Shown one piece after another: positions 9,088-19,030 of a stretch of 42,210 nt of DNA. Numbering within the stretch: position 1 is the first letter of the stretch; each line of letters opens with the position of its first letter. A program made the translations under genes and the position numbers. The stretch is from an uncultured Christensenella sp. (lineage in GTDB: Bacteria; Bacillota; Clostridia; Christensenellales; UBA1242), in NCBI GenBank assembly GCA_949294585.1, contig CASFHZ010000005.1:1-42210 (forward strand), given 5' to 3'. A model generated the notes under the pieces. That model saw only the letters and a list, made by a program, of their open reading frames with translations, had not been told where the DNA came from and did no database searches.

Positions 9088-9999
9088 ATGGAAAGATATA
9101 AACATTTAAACAAATGGTTGAAAGATAAATTTGGCGAAAGAGTTTTAAAAATATGTGTTGATGGAGGTTTTTCTTGTCCTAATCGTGATGGGAAATGTGG
9201 CGTTGGAGGTTGTATTTTTTGTAGCGAAAAAGGAAGTGGTGAACATAACAACAAAATTGATATATCTGCACAAGTAAAAAATCATTTAGAAAGTTATAGA
9301 GGAAAAAGAGCAAACAAATTTATTGTTTATTTTCAAAATTTTACAAACACCTATGATACAATAAAAAATTTAAAGAGAAAATATGACTCTGCCCTGATTA
9401 ATGAAAAAATTGTTGGACTTTCAATTGGCACAAGACCTGATTGTATAAATGAAGATATAGCAAAATTATTACACTCATACCAAAATAAATATTATGTTAT
9501 GGTTGAATTAGGTTTGCAAACTTCTAATGAAAACACTGCTAGAATTATTAATAGATGTTATCCCAATTCAACTTTCACCAAAGCTGTTAAAATTTTAAAC
9601 AAGTACAATATTCCAATTATTACACACATAATGATTGGACTTCCAAATGAAAATAAAAATGACATTTTGTCAACCGTAGAATTTATAAATTCACATAAAA
9701 CTGATGGAATAAAAATTCATTCAACATACATTGTTGCAAATACAAAACTTAATAATATGTATCAAAAAAATAAATACACACCACTAACCCTAGATGAATA
9801 CATTAGCCAATGCTGTCTTGTTTTAACTCACATTAATCCTGAAATTGTTATTCATCGCATAAGTGGTGATGCTCCCAAAAATTTGCTGATTGCACCGTTG
9901 TGGAATTTGCATAAAAAGTGGAGCATTAATGGTATTGATAAATATATGGAAGAAAACAATTTGCACCAAGGACAATTTTATATAGAGAATAAAAAATAA
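9088..9999 (+). CDS. TIGR01212-family radical SAM protein (YhcC-like)
   Basis: The N-terminus GGFSCPNRDGKCGVGGCIFCSEKGSG is the characteristic Cys cluster of this family. The length of 303 aa is typical. Confidence 0.85.
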   Translation: MERYKHLNKWLKDKFGERVLKICVDGGFSCPNRDGKCGVGGCIFCSEKGSGEHNNKIDISAQVKNHLESYRGKRANKFIVYFQNFTNTYDTIKNLKRKYDSALINEKIVGLSIGTRPDCINEDIAKLLHSYQNKYYVMVELGLQTSNENTARIINRCYPNSTFTKAVKILNKYNIPIITHIMIGLPNENKNDILSTVEFINSHKTDGIKIHSTYIVANTKLNNMYQKNKYTPLTLDEYISQCCLVLTHINPEIVIHRISGDAPKNLLIAPLWNLHKKWSINGIDKYMEENNLHQGQFYIENKK

Positions 10000-10217
10000 A
10001 ATTTTATTTATTAAAAAATCTAATTTTTAATATTTAATTTAAAATAAATATTTGTATTAACAATTTTATTATTTTAAATAAAAAGACTGCCAAAAATAAG
10101 TGCTTCAAGTTCCAACAACAACCAAATTGTTTTAAAATAAATAAAACAAAAGTGTATGTTTTTAACTTTTAGGTCACTTTGCTCTTGACAGTCCAAAGCA
10201 TTATAAAAATAGAAAGT

Positions 10218-10361
10218 TTAATTTTCTGTTGTATCCAAACATTTTATGATTTTATCAAATGTTTTATATGAAATTATAGCGTTTTTTGCCAAATTTTTTT
10301 CATCTTCTGGCAATTTTCGCATCTCATCAATAATTTCATTTAATTCTGTTTCGCCATTCAT
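10218..10361 (-). CDS. 47-aa hypothetical protein (below the ORF-track cutoff)
   Basis: ATG at 10361..10359, one nt after the stop of the upstream ORF (10363-10365). A GGAG lies about 8 nt upstream. It encodes MNGETELNEIIDEMRKLPEDEKNLAKNAIISYKTFDKIIKCLDTTEN. Confidence 0.4.
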   Translation of the reverse strand: MNGETELNEIIDEMRKLPEDEKNLAKNAIISYKTFDKIIKCLDTTEN

Positions 10362-10362
10362 A

Positions 10363-10860
10363 TTAATACTCCAAAAAAGTTTCAGGCTCGTTTAAGATTT
10401 TAATACTTTCTGCAATTAAATTATTAGTTCTAATTAGTTCTTTTAATAAATATTTAAAGGTTCCAAAAATGCTTAAATAAAATTTTGTAGATTTTCGATA
10501 ACCAGCATCTTCTTGCCTTAATTTCTCATACAAATTGATTGCATTTTTTAAATGATTATAATCTTTTAAACTATTTCTTTTTGTTAAAATTTTACTTAAA
10601 TTTTCATAATCTTCCTCTATTATTGCATTGCTTGTGCTCATCTTATATTTTGCAATAAATTTAACCACCCTGTTATTTAATTTTTCTGCTGCAATCTTTG
10701 CGAATTTGCTGTAGATAGGTGAACAATCTAAATTGCACTTGTCAATTACTTTTTCAATTTCTTCAATATTTCTTTCAACTTGTTTTAAGCAATCCTCAAA
10801 ATACAAATTTTCTGTCAATACTTTTACTCTTAATTGATAGATATCAGTATTACTTTTCAT
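10363..10860 (-). CDS. 165-aa hypothetical protein, predicted all-helical
   Basis: An AAGGAG SD lies 8 nt upstream of the ATG. I recognise no motif. Confidence 0.55.
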   Translation of the reverse strand: MKSNTDIYQLRVKVLTENLYFEDCLKQVERNIEEIEKVIDKCNLDCSPIYSKFAKIAAEKLNNRVVKFIAKYKMSTSNAIIEEDYENLSKILTKRNSLKDYNHLKNAINLYEKLRQEDAGYRKSTKFYLSIFGTFKYLLKELIRTNNLIAESIKILNEPETFLEY

Positions 10861-11164
10861 ATTACAATCTCCTTAATATTTTATTAAAATGTTATTTGTA
10901 AAATCTCGTTCAAAACATTTATTAATTTAATAAACAATTATTTCCAACTTTGTAATTGATCTAAAGGTTTTATTGCTATGTATTGTGAGTCACACAAATA
11001 ATACTACTTACAACAAGATTATAATAATACATATTGTCTGTAATGTCAATACCAAAAATTTCAACCAACTTTAAATATTTGTAAAAATCTTTAACTGTTT
11101 GTAAATAAACTTATTACTCGTTATTTACTATAGCTATTGTTTTTACTTTTAACACATATTTATT

Positions 11165-13003
11165 TTAATAATAATAATTAACATATTCAATTTGTGGCAA
11201 TAAATATTTACTCTTATTCTTTGTAGGATAATACATACGATTAATTATGCCAAAAACTTTTTCACCCATTCCTCTTTTTTCTATTGTCTTAGTAACTTCT
11301 TTTAATGCATTTACATCGTTTTCTGCATTATGCAATGAAGAGTTTCCCACGACAAATCCAAATGATTCAGCAATATCCCCTAGTTTATAACTTTTAGCAG
11401 AAGTAGATGAATTTAATTTATTTGGATTTATACTTATTGCATATCGTTCTTTAATTGATAAATATACATCTAGAAATTTTAACTTCCCCAAAATATCTAC
11501 CTTTCCTTCAAGTAGTTCAATAATAAAACTAACATCAAAAACAGCATTATACGCAATAAATAAACCATCTTGATTTTGTGAAAAAATATCGTAAATAATA
11601 TTTTTAGCTTCCGTATAATCAATACCTTTTTCTTGTAATTTTTCATCTGTTATTTTAGTTAAATTCACTATTTCGGATGACAACTTTTGTCCATTTTTTG
11701 TTTTAATATAAATTGATTTTTTCTCTTTTATATTTAACTCATACCATCCATATTTTTCATTTTTTATAATTCCTTCAACAATCTCATAAGAAAATTCAAT
11801 AATTTGGTTTTCTTCTGGATCTAAACCGGTTGTTTCAGTATCAAAAAATATTAACTTTTTGTATTTACTTAACATATAATATAAAACAGAATTTCCTTCA
11901 AGATTTCTAAGGTTATATCCATAAGAACTTTGATTTGAATAAAAATATTTAAGTGCAGAGCATTTATTTACATAGTAATCTATTAAATAATCTCCCATCA
12001 ATTTAGTCTTTGTTGGAGAAAGCCAATTTTCAAATTCATTAACAAACCCTTTATATCTATCATAATTAATATCCTCTAATAATTCTTTTGCTTTATCGTT
12101 ATAAATTGATAACTCATCTTTAAATTTATCTGTTACATTTTTAGCGGGTAATTCTTTTCTTAATGTACCATCTAACATATACAGGAAGTCATCAACTTTA
12201 TTTAGATATCTATATGGTCCTTCCTCTCCATAATTTATTTTTACTAACAAATAATATAAGTTAGAGATTTTTGATTCTAACCTTGCTTCTAAAATTGATT
12301 TAACAGCCTCATCATATTTATCTTTATTTTTAAAATATAAATCATTGCAATTGTCAATATTTGCGATAAAAAAACTAATTAAAATTAATTTAGAAAAATC
12401 AACTGTTATATTATTGTCGGCAAATTTTATCTTAACTTTAGGGCAATATTTTAATATTTGCTCAAAAATTTCTTTATTAATCCTTTTGAAATATACACAA
12501 TTAATACCAAAATATGTATCAAAATATATTTTTAAATCAATGTCTAAATTTTTTTTAAAATCTTCACCAGTTTCCAAAACTCCAGAAATATCTGGAATGC
12601 TCCAAACATTCGCCGTCCTTAATTGTTTTTCAAATTCGGGTAAAGCCTTTTCAAACATACTTATTAAATATGAGAAATTTTTCTCCAAATCCTTTAATAA
12701 AATATTAACTTGCGAATTATTATTAAAAATTTCCCCAATATCGTCAATAACTCTTTTAAATACAAATTTAACATTTTCTATAATCCAATAAAATTGTTTT
12801 GCTAAATATTCCCTTATCATTGCAAATTCATTAGAATACATTGTATTAATTTGTGAGTCTCCAAAAAACCAAATTTTAAATTTTTCTTTAAAAGATAAAC
12901 CTATGCCATTTTTGCGATTTTCTATTTTATAGAAATAACTTTCTAACTCATCCCTTTGTTTGCAAACTTCCATTTGTAAATGTTCCAATTCATCACTTGT
13001 CAT
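11165..13003 (-). CDS. 612-aa protein: unknown ~380-aa N-terminal domain fused to a C-terminal DnaQ-like DEDDh 3'-5' exonuclease
   Basis: Exo I is LIFFDTETTGLDPEENQIIE, Exo II is FIAYNAVFDVSFI, and Exo III is HNAENDVNAL (H-x4-D). All three are in the last ~230 aa (about 11165-11860). A GGAG SD lies 7 nt upstream of the ATG. Confidence 0.8.
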   Translation of the reverse strand: MTSDELEHLQMEVCKQRDELESYFYKIENRKNGIGLSFKEKFKIWFFGDSQINTMYSNEFAMIREYLAKQFYWIIENVKFVFKRVIDDIGEIFNNNSQVNILLKDLEKNFSYLISMFEKALPEFEKQLRTANVWSIPDISGVLETGEDFKKNLDIDLKIYFDTYFGINCVYFKRINKEIFEQILKYCPKVKIKFADNNITVDFSKLILISFFIANIDNCNDLYFKNKDKYDEAVKSILEARLESKISNLYYLLVKINYGEEGPYRYLNKVDDFLYMLDGTLRKELPAKNVTDKFKDELSIYNDKAKELLEDINYDRYKGFVNEFENWLSPTKTKLMGDYLIDYYVNKCSALKYFYSNQSSYGYNLRNLEGNSVLYYMLSKYKKLIFFDTETTGLDPEENQIIEFSYEIVEGIIKNEKYGWYELNIKEKKSIYIKTKNGQKLSSEIVNLTKITDEKLQEKGIDYTEAKNIIYDIFSQNQDGLFIAYNAVFDVSFIIELLEGKVDILGKLKFLDVYLSIKERYAISINPNKLNSSTSAKSYKLGDIAESFGFVVGNSSLHNAENDVNALKEVTKTIEKRGMGEKVFGIINRMYYPTKNKSKYLLPQIEYVNYYY

Positions 13004-13485
13004 TTTATATCTCCATCTTATATTTTAAAAACTATACTTTATTTAGTTCAACAAATTTAGTTAGAATTTTAGCAATATCATACAATAGATATTTTGCAAT
13101 CTTTTATTTATATTTTTTCACGTTTTTCACACCACTTTCATCAAATATAGCAAATACAATAATTTTTACATTTGAAATTTACTATTAAACTAAAAAGTAT
13201 CCACTTTTGTTGATTGCTTATAACACAAACTAGTAAATCCAAAAAATAAACAATATCAATCTTTTGATTGTTGTCAATTTATTCGCAATTTCTGGACTTA
13301 AACTTAAATTATTTATTATATTTAACTTCTTTATTTTTATTAATACAATCCAAATCTTTAATTGTGTATATTTTTGATGCTATTTTATAATAAATAACAA
13401 ACAATCGTTTTGTCAAACTTTTTGCGACCTTTAAGGTGTTCTAATTGCACAAAAATAAAAAAACAATACTGGCTATCTTCCATTA

Positions 13486-13902
13486 TTATAAATATTTATT
13501 ATAGAATTCAACAATTTTATGGAATGGTATAACATTTAAGTTATCGTACAAATCAACGTGAACTGCATTTGGTATTATTAACAATTCCTTGTTATCACCT
13601 TTCAATTTTTTGAAAGCATCTTTGCTAAAATAACAAGAATGAGCTTTTTCTCCGTGTATCATAAAAACTGCATTTTTAATTTCATTTGAGTAAGTTAAAA
13701 TTGGCATATTTATAAATGATAGAGCTGAAGTTTTATTCCAACCTTTATTTGAATTTAAAGAGCGAATATGATAACCTCTCTTTGTTTTGTAATATGCATA
13801 GTAATCTTTCACAAATTGTGGTGCATCTTTTGGTAGGGGGTCAACAACACCACCTGCCAAATCATATTCATTGTTTTTATAGTCAACAATTCTTTGCCTA
13901 TT
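13486..13902 (-). pseudogene. Alpha/beta-hydrolase, C-terminal fragment
   Basis: MIHGEKAHSCYF...LLIIPNAVHVDLYD resembles the C-terminal Asp/His region of the alpha/beta hydrolase fold. The frame is open only to a TAA at 13903-13905, there is no ATG, and the nucleophile-elbow half is missing. Confidence 0.5.
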
Positions 13903-14012
13903 TAACTCTTCTTATTTAGTAATTATAAGTTACACAAAATATTAATTATTTATAAATAAAATTTAATTTAAAATGCTAAACAAAAAATAGAATTATAATT
14001 TAATTTTGTGTT

Positions 14013-14642
14013 TTATACATTTTCTAAACTATTATCATCTAATTTATAATTAGTTTTAGCGTCTTTAATATTATCAAAAATTTCAGGCGAGATTTTATAG
14101 ATTTCTTTAATTTGCTCAATAGTTAATTTTTGTATTGGATATAAATAGCCTCCACGATGATCACTATCTTTACCTCCATTTTCAACATATGCAGTAAATA
14201 ATGTTAATGGATATAAAAGAAAAACATCTTTTTTATTATCAGGAAACATACACAATCTGCAACCCATTTCTATGTAATTTTTTATATTTTTTTCAAAAGG
14301 GTATTTTTGTTGTAATTCTTGATATTTTTTATAAATTTCATTAAAATCTTTCTCGTTTTTATTTTTTGCTAATTCAATATATAAATCAAGTAATCCATCA
14401 AATAATGGATTTTGTTCTAATTCTTCTGAATATTGTTTTTTAAATTCCTTTATTTCATTAACAACATCATAGTTTATGTTACGCTTAATCCGACAAAGGT
14501 GATAAAACTTACGCTTATTCGTATAAGTGTCAGTATTTTCACAATTTTGTACATTGCTGTCAATTACATAATACTGCAATGCTTCAATTACTATAAACAA
14601 ATTATCTTTAAATTTCAATTGGAAAAAATCTAATTTTTTCAT
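14013..14642 (-). CDS. 209-aa hypothetical protein
   Basis: An AAGGAA SD-like sequence lies 6 nt upstream of the ATG. I recognise no family. The gene is isolated between long AT-rich spacers. Confidence 0.5.
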   Translation of the reverse strand: MKKLDFFQLKFKDNLFIVIEALQYYVIDSNVQNCENTDTYTNKRKFYHLCRIKRNINYDVVNEIKEFKKQYSEELEQNPLFDGLLDLYIELAKNKNEKDFNEIYKKYQELQQKYPFEKNIKNYIEMGCRLCMFPDNKKDVFLLYPLTLFTAYVENGGKDSDHRGGYLYPIQKLTIEQIKEIYKISPEIFDNIKDAKTNYKLDDNSLENV

Positions 14643-15174
14643 TATTAATTCCTTAGTAATAAGTTACCATATATTTTAAGAAAAGTCAATGATCAACAAT
14701 TTTTTCTATTTTGATAATAAATTAATTAATACATCTAAATTACTATCACAACTTTAATCTGTATTTTTTGACCATCTTTTTTCTCAGTTACAACTAAATA
14801 CTTATAGTCAAACTATAATTTCACCTACTGCCACAAAGCAACTATCATCTATGTTAATTGAGTAAGTTTTTCAAAACTATTTTCAGAAATAGTACCATTA
14901 TTTAATGTCATAGTTATGGAATATTTAAAATACTTCACTTTAATTCAATATCATAGGTTCGTTGTGATGTTCTATATGCACTAGCCTAACCATAAAAAGA
15001 AATGTAACAAACCAAGTAAAAAAATAAGTGAATTCTAGAAACTTACTTTGCTTTTAAAATTAATCATCTTATTCAAAAATTTTGCCATATCTTTGAAAAC
15101 TAACTACATTTTTAATTTTTATTACAATTTATCTTACTTTAATTTTTTCTATTATTTTTTTATTTTATGTACCC

Positions 15175-15749
15175 TTAAAATTCTAAACAATCTTCTTTAA
15201 TAGGTTCAGTTGTATAAGTTTTGTTAAATGCTTCATTTTGAATTGCATAAACATCATCAATATTTGAAACATTTAACACAGCACCTTTAACACCATACAT
15301 ATCTTCTCCCCAAGGTGCTTTAAATGCAATGTCATATTTTAAAACAACATATTTAATTGGCTCAGCAATTGGTTCATACACACCCTTTGTGCTTGTTGCT
15401 TTATATTTTTTTTCAAAAGCATCTGGTTTAACAATATATTCTTCGCCATCTGGATTTTTTACAATCATACTGCCTTCTATTTTTACTTTGCTTTTTGTTT
15501 CACCAATTACATAAATTTTACCATCTCTTTCAACTCTAGGTCTTGTATCAACTTCTTCCCCTAGTTTGCCTTCTCTTGCTGTAACCAAAGCAGTTTTTTT
15601 GCTAATTTTGGAAATTCGCCTATTTGTTGAAGTTTTGTAATATAATGATTTACAAATTCTTTCATATCATCAATAACTTTACAGTCTATAAAAATATCTG
15701 GATATTTTTGTGGCTGTAAAGAACATAATTTTAATATTTTGGTTTTCAT
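15175..15749 (-). pseudogene. Frameshifted gene, possibly a PGDYG-like domain protein, split into 62-aa and 137-aa ORFs
   Basis: The two ORFs overlap by 28 nt around an A7 run (plus-strand T7 at 15594-15600). An A8 run would read ...EFPKLAKKTALVTAREGKLGEE... as a single ~190-aa protein. The downstream ORF has only a TTG start. Confidence 0.55.
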
Positions 15750-16226
15750 TTTTATTCTTAACCCTTTTAATGTATTTTTTTAAATTTTTATAAATTTTAT
15801 TAATTTTTTTATCAAAAACTTTTATCCTAAAAGATAGTTTTTTTATTAAACTAAACTAACATTAATCTATTATTTAACATTTTTGTTGCAACAACATATA
15901 TATTTTGAAATTACGAAATCTTATACTTCAAATAACAACTATATTATATTATAAATTAGTTTAAAAGTCAATATTTATGATTTATTATTTGCATAAGAAA
16001 TGTCTAATTTATTCATTTTTATTTAAAACACATCTTAATTTTTAATAATCTTTGCCTATATAAACAACAATAAATAAATTGTCAATATGATATATTTTTT
16101 TGATAAAATAATAAATAACAAACTCGACATTTCACTAGTTAACGCAATATCTTTTGACCCTTACACACACGGATATTACAAAGTTACAGAAAGAGTTGGT
16201 GAAGCTTTTAAAGATGGATTAAAATT

Positions 16227-16267
16227 AAAAAAAGGTTTTTAAAATAATGTTAAAACCTTTTTTTTAT
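16227..16267. terminator. Hairpin flanked by A-run and T-run (bidirectional terminator-like)
   Basis: aaaggtttt (16231-16239) pairs with aaaaccttt (16252-16260). A-rich sequence lies 5' and a T-run lies 3'. Confidence 0.45.
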
Positions 16268-16336
16268 AATAAATTTTTATTTTTTATTAAAATATAATGA
16301 TATTAATAATTTAATTAAAATAAAATTTGCAACATT

Positions 16337-16377
16337 CAAAAAAAATTCAAAGCTGAACAATAGCTTTGAATTTTTTA
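16337..16377 (-). terminator. Rho-independent terminator of the ABC/lipoprotein operon
   Basis: An 11-bp stem, aattcaaagct (16344-16354) pairing with agctttgaatt (16362-16372), has a 7-nt loop. An A8 run on plus becomes a T-run on minus immediately after the hairpin. Confidence 0.7.
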
Positions 16378-16380
16378 ATT

Positions 16381-18531
16381 TTATTCTTGACTGTCGTATA
16401 GTCCAATCATAGCACCCATACCATTTGCAAGATAGATATTAACACAATTACCTTCAGCAAATGATTTTCCTTGTAATATTGTACTATCTTGATTTGTTTG
16501 TCCAAATCCACTATTAATATAACCACCATTTCCATTACTTTCTAGGTAGTGAACACCATTACTCATTGCTTTATTAATTAAACTATCAGTTTTATCCATA
16601 TCCAAACCATATGTTACAGTTGTGTCACCTGCATAGAAATCAGCATAGTCGTTTTCAGTTTCAAATATTCTAACATATCCTTTAATTCTTGAGGCAGTTA
16701 AACCTTGTGCATCACCACTTTTCATAGCACATATAATGTTTAATTGTCCAACAGATGTGCCATTTTCATTAGCATATCCAGCATATATTGTTTTGCCTGT
16801 ATCAGGAAGACCTAGTGAAGAATATTTCCCACTGTATAAATCTTCTAGTTGTGACAATTGTCCAACAAGTGCTGAAGCGCCATCATAAACTGTAAACCAA
16901 GGTTCTTTTCCTGTAACTTTTGATTCAATTGTGCTGTTAATAATGTCAATTCTGCTTGGATTTCCTGTTTCAGGGTTATCGTTTTCCATTTTGCAATGGT
17001 CTGTGATTATTGCAGGACCACCTGCATTTTTAAATTCACTGTTTTTAATAACAAAGTGTTCTGCACCCCAAACATAGAATAAACATTGATATGAATTATA
17101 TCCTTTACAACTATCAATAACATATTCACCATCAAACTCGTTGTCTATATCACCAAGTTGCATAAAATATCCAATATAGAAGTTGTGCATAACTGTGTTG
17201 TATGCATAAAAATTAACTTCTGTATTTTTCATAAGCAATATTGCACCAGAGTTAAGAGGATCTGCGTTCAATTCACCATTACCTATAAAGTATAAGTTTT
17301 TCCAATTAACCAAAGTTTCTGATTCAATTTTGCTTTTGCTATCATTTGTTGTATAAAATACACAAAGGTGTGCAGTCATATATTCTGCATTGTCACCAAT
17401 TTGAACAATATTTGTTCCATCATCATTTTCTGCAATCATTTTTGGGAAAGAACTTAAATTAATTGAGAAATAATTTCCAATAAAGTTAAATTCTTCTCCA
17501 TTTTTTATTGTTCTGTGATAAATTCCTGTTCCGCTGTCATCAATTGGTGTTCCTTCAAGTGTTAAATCTGTTTTTGCTTGAACTGTTGCATAGTTTGGAG
17601 TATCTTTTGTCCAGAATAAGTCTTGACGAACATCGTCTTTTGTAACTAAAATGTCGTTTTGCAAAACTATACCATTAACTTCAACATCAGTTAAACCCAT
17701 TTCAGCTTTTATTTCTGCCCAACCATCTTCAAAGTTGTCATAAACTGAAAGTTCTTTTGCAGTGTAAACATTGAAAGCATCAATAACAACTAGGTTAGTT
17801 GTAAATTTTGTTAAATTTTCATCGTAACCATCATCTGCATTTGCTGCTTTTACTGTAACTTTAAACTCTTTGCCTACTGCTTGCTCGGTAAAATCTAAAG
17901 TTGTGTTTTCTGTATCAATTGCAACTATATTGGCTAAATCATCACCAGATAATGTTGTATATGTATTATCCGAATTTTTTAACTCAACTGTTACAATTGT
18001 TCTAACCTTTTCTAAGTTAGAAACAAGGTTACCATTTGGATCAACACCACTTGCTTTGATTCTGAAATTAAATTCATTGTCATCACCAACATAAAGTGGT
18101 TGATTTCCATAAATGAATTGTTCTTGTTCATTTGTTTGAACAGCTCTATTTGCATTGTAATCAATTAAAAGTTGACTTTCAAGTGATATAATTGAGTTTA
18201 CATCAGCTTCTGTTGCAACAACTGATATTGTTACATCAAAAGAATAGTCTTTGTATGTTATTTTTAAAGTTACATCTCCAACTTCTGATGTATCAACAGT
18301 TCCAAAAGTCAACTCATTTGCTGGTATTTCTTCAACATCACCGTTTTTGTAAGTAATAACGGCAATAACATTTGAAGTATCCAGCGTTTCGCCCTTAACA
18401 ATAGTTGTTTCAAGGGTTCCACTTTTTACTACTGCTGATTTAATTTTCCCTGCTTCATTACAAGCAGTTAGTGCAAGCACACTTAGAATCATAAAACTAA
18501 AAACCAGCAATACTTTTTGTACTTTTTTCAT
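16381..18531 (-). CDS. 716-aa surface lipoprotein with an N-terminal Ig-like (Big_3-like) domain and a large unassigned C-terminal domain
   Basis: AAGGAG SD, signal peptide and lipobox LALTAC|N. The Ig-like segment is GDVTLKITYKDYSFDVTISV. The rest is Gly/Asn/Thr-rich and could be a beta-helix, but that is not established. Confidence 0.8.
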   Translation of the reverse strand: MKKVQKVLLVFSFMILSVLALTACNEAGKIKSAVVKSGTLETTIVKGETLDTSNVIAVITYKNGDVEEIPANELTFGTVDTSEVGDVTLKITYKDYSFDVTISVVATEADVNSIISLESQLLIDYNANRAVQTNEQEQFIYGNQPLYVGDDNEFNFRIKASGVDPNGNLVSNLEKVRTIVTVELKNSDNTYTTLSGDDLANIVAIDTENTTLDFTEQAVGKEFKVTVKAANADDGYDENLTKFTTNLVVIDAFNVYTAKELSVYDNFEDGWAEIKAEMGLTDVEVNGIVLQNDILVTKDDVRQDLFWTKDTPNYATVQAKTDLTLEGTPIDDSGTGIYHRTIKNGEEFNFIGNYFSINLSSFPKMIAENDDGTNIVQIGDNAEYMTAHLCVFYTTNDSKSKIESETLVNWKNLYFIGNGELNADPLNSGAILLMKNTEVNFYAYNTVMHNFYIGYFMQLGDIDNEFDGEYVIDSCKGYNSYQCLFYVWGAEHFVIKNSEFKNAGGPAIITDHCKMENDNPETGNPSRIDIINSTIESKVTGKEPWFTVYDGASALVGQLSQLEDLYSGKYSSLGLPDTGKTIYAGYANENGTSVGQLNIICAMKSGDAQGLTASRIKGYVRIFETENDYADFYAGDTTVTYGLDMDKTDSLINKAMSNGVHYLESNGNGGYINSGFGQTNQDSTILQGKSFAEGNCVNIYLANGMGAMIGLYDSQE

Positions 18532-18583
18532 TTTTTTCTCCTTTTTTTTATTTTATATAAGTGGTTGTCCACGTTATACCAAT

Positions 18584-19030
18584 TTAGTATGCCCACACAA
18601 TTACATCTGTATAGACTTTGCTACCATCAGTAGCCATTATTTTTATATTTAGCATAATTTTTCCAGTAAATAAAATTAGTCCCAGTTCTTTACCTTGTTC
18701 ATCTTTAATAAAAGTTGCAACATCTTGTGAAGTGTTATACACGAATTTCACATCTTTATTACTTGCATTATCAGGCAAAGTTCTCCACGACAGTTGAACC
18801 ATTGTTCCTGTCAAGGTTTCTTCATCTCCTGGTTCGGTGTATTTAATTTTAATTATTTTTTGTCCATTTTGCACAGAAACTTCTGTTTTTTCATCTGTTT
18901 CATTTAAACACGTTATCTCAGTAACGGGTATTACTTCGTTGTAAACAACTGATTTAAGCCCAAAAATGGAGATTATCACAATTGATGCAACATAAATAAT
19001 ACCAATTAATATCATAGTTGTCTTTTTCAT
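18584..19030 (-). CDS. 148-aa membrane-anchored protein with a Big_2-like Ig domain
   Basis: An N-terminal TM helix is followed by LPDNASNKDVKFVYNTSQDVATF...ATDGSKVYTDVIV, a Big_2-like pattern. The ATG overlaps the permease stop (TAATG). Confidence 0.65.
   Translation of the reverse strand: MKKTTMILIGIIYVASIVIISIFGLKSVVYNEVIPVTEITCLNETDEKTEVSVQNGQKIIKIKYTEPGDEETLTGTMVQLSWRTLPDNASNKDVKFVYNTSQDVATFIKDEQGKELGLILFTGKIMLNIKIMATDGSKVYTDVIVWAY

Noticed and set aside
9069-9254. A 61-aa minus-strand ORF overlapping the start of the radical SAM gene.
   Set aside because: It is antisense to a confidently identified gene and is Pro/Ser/Leu-rich with no SD.
16087-16242. A 51-aa plus-strand ORF (…AISFDPYTHGYYKVTERVGEAFKDGLKLKKGF) that ends exactly at a hairpin.
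   Set aside because: It has no SD, a stop lies three codons upstream of its ATG, and I recognise no family. It is most likely the relic 3' end of a lost gene, so it is noted but not called.
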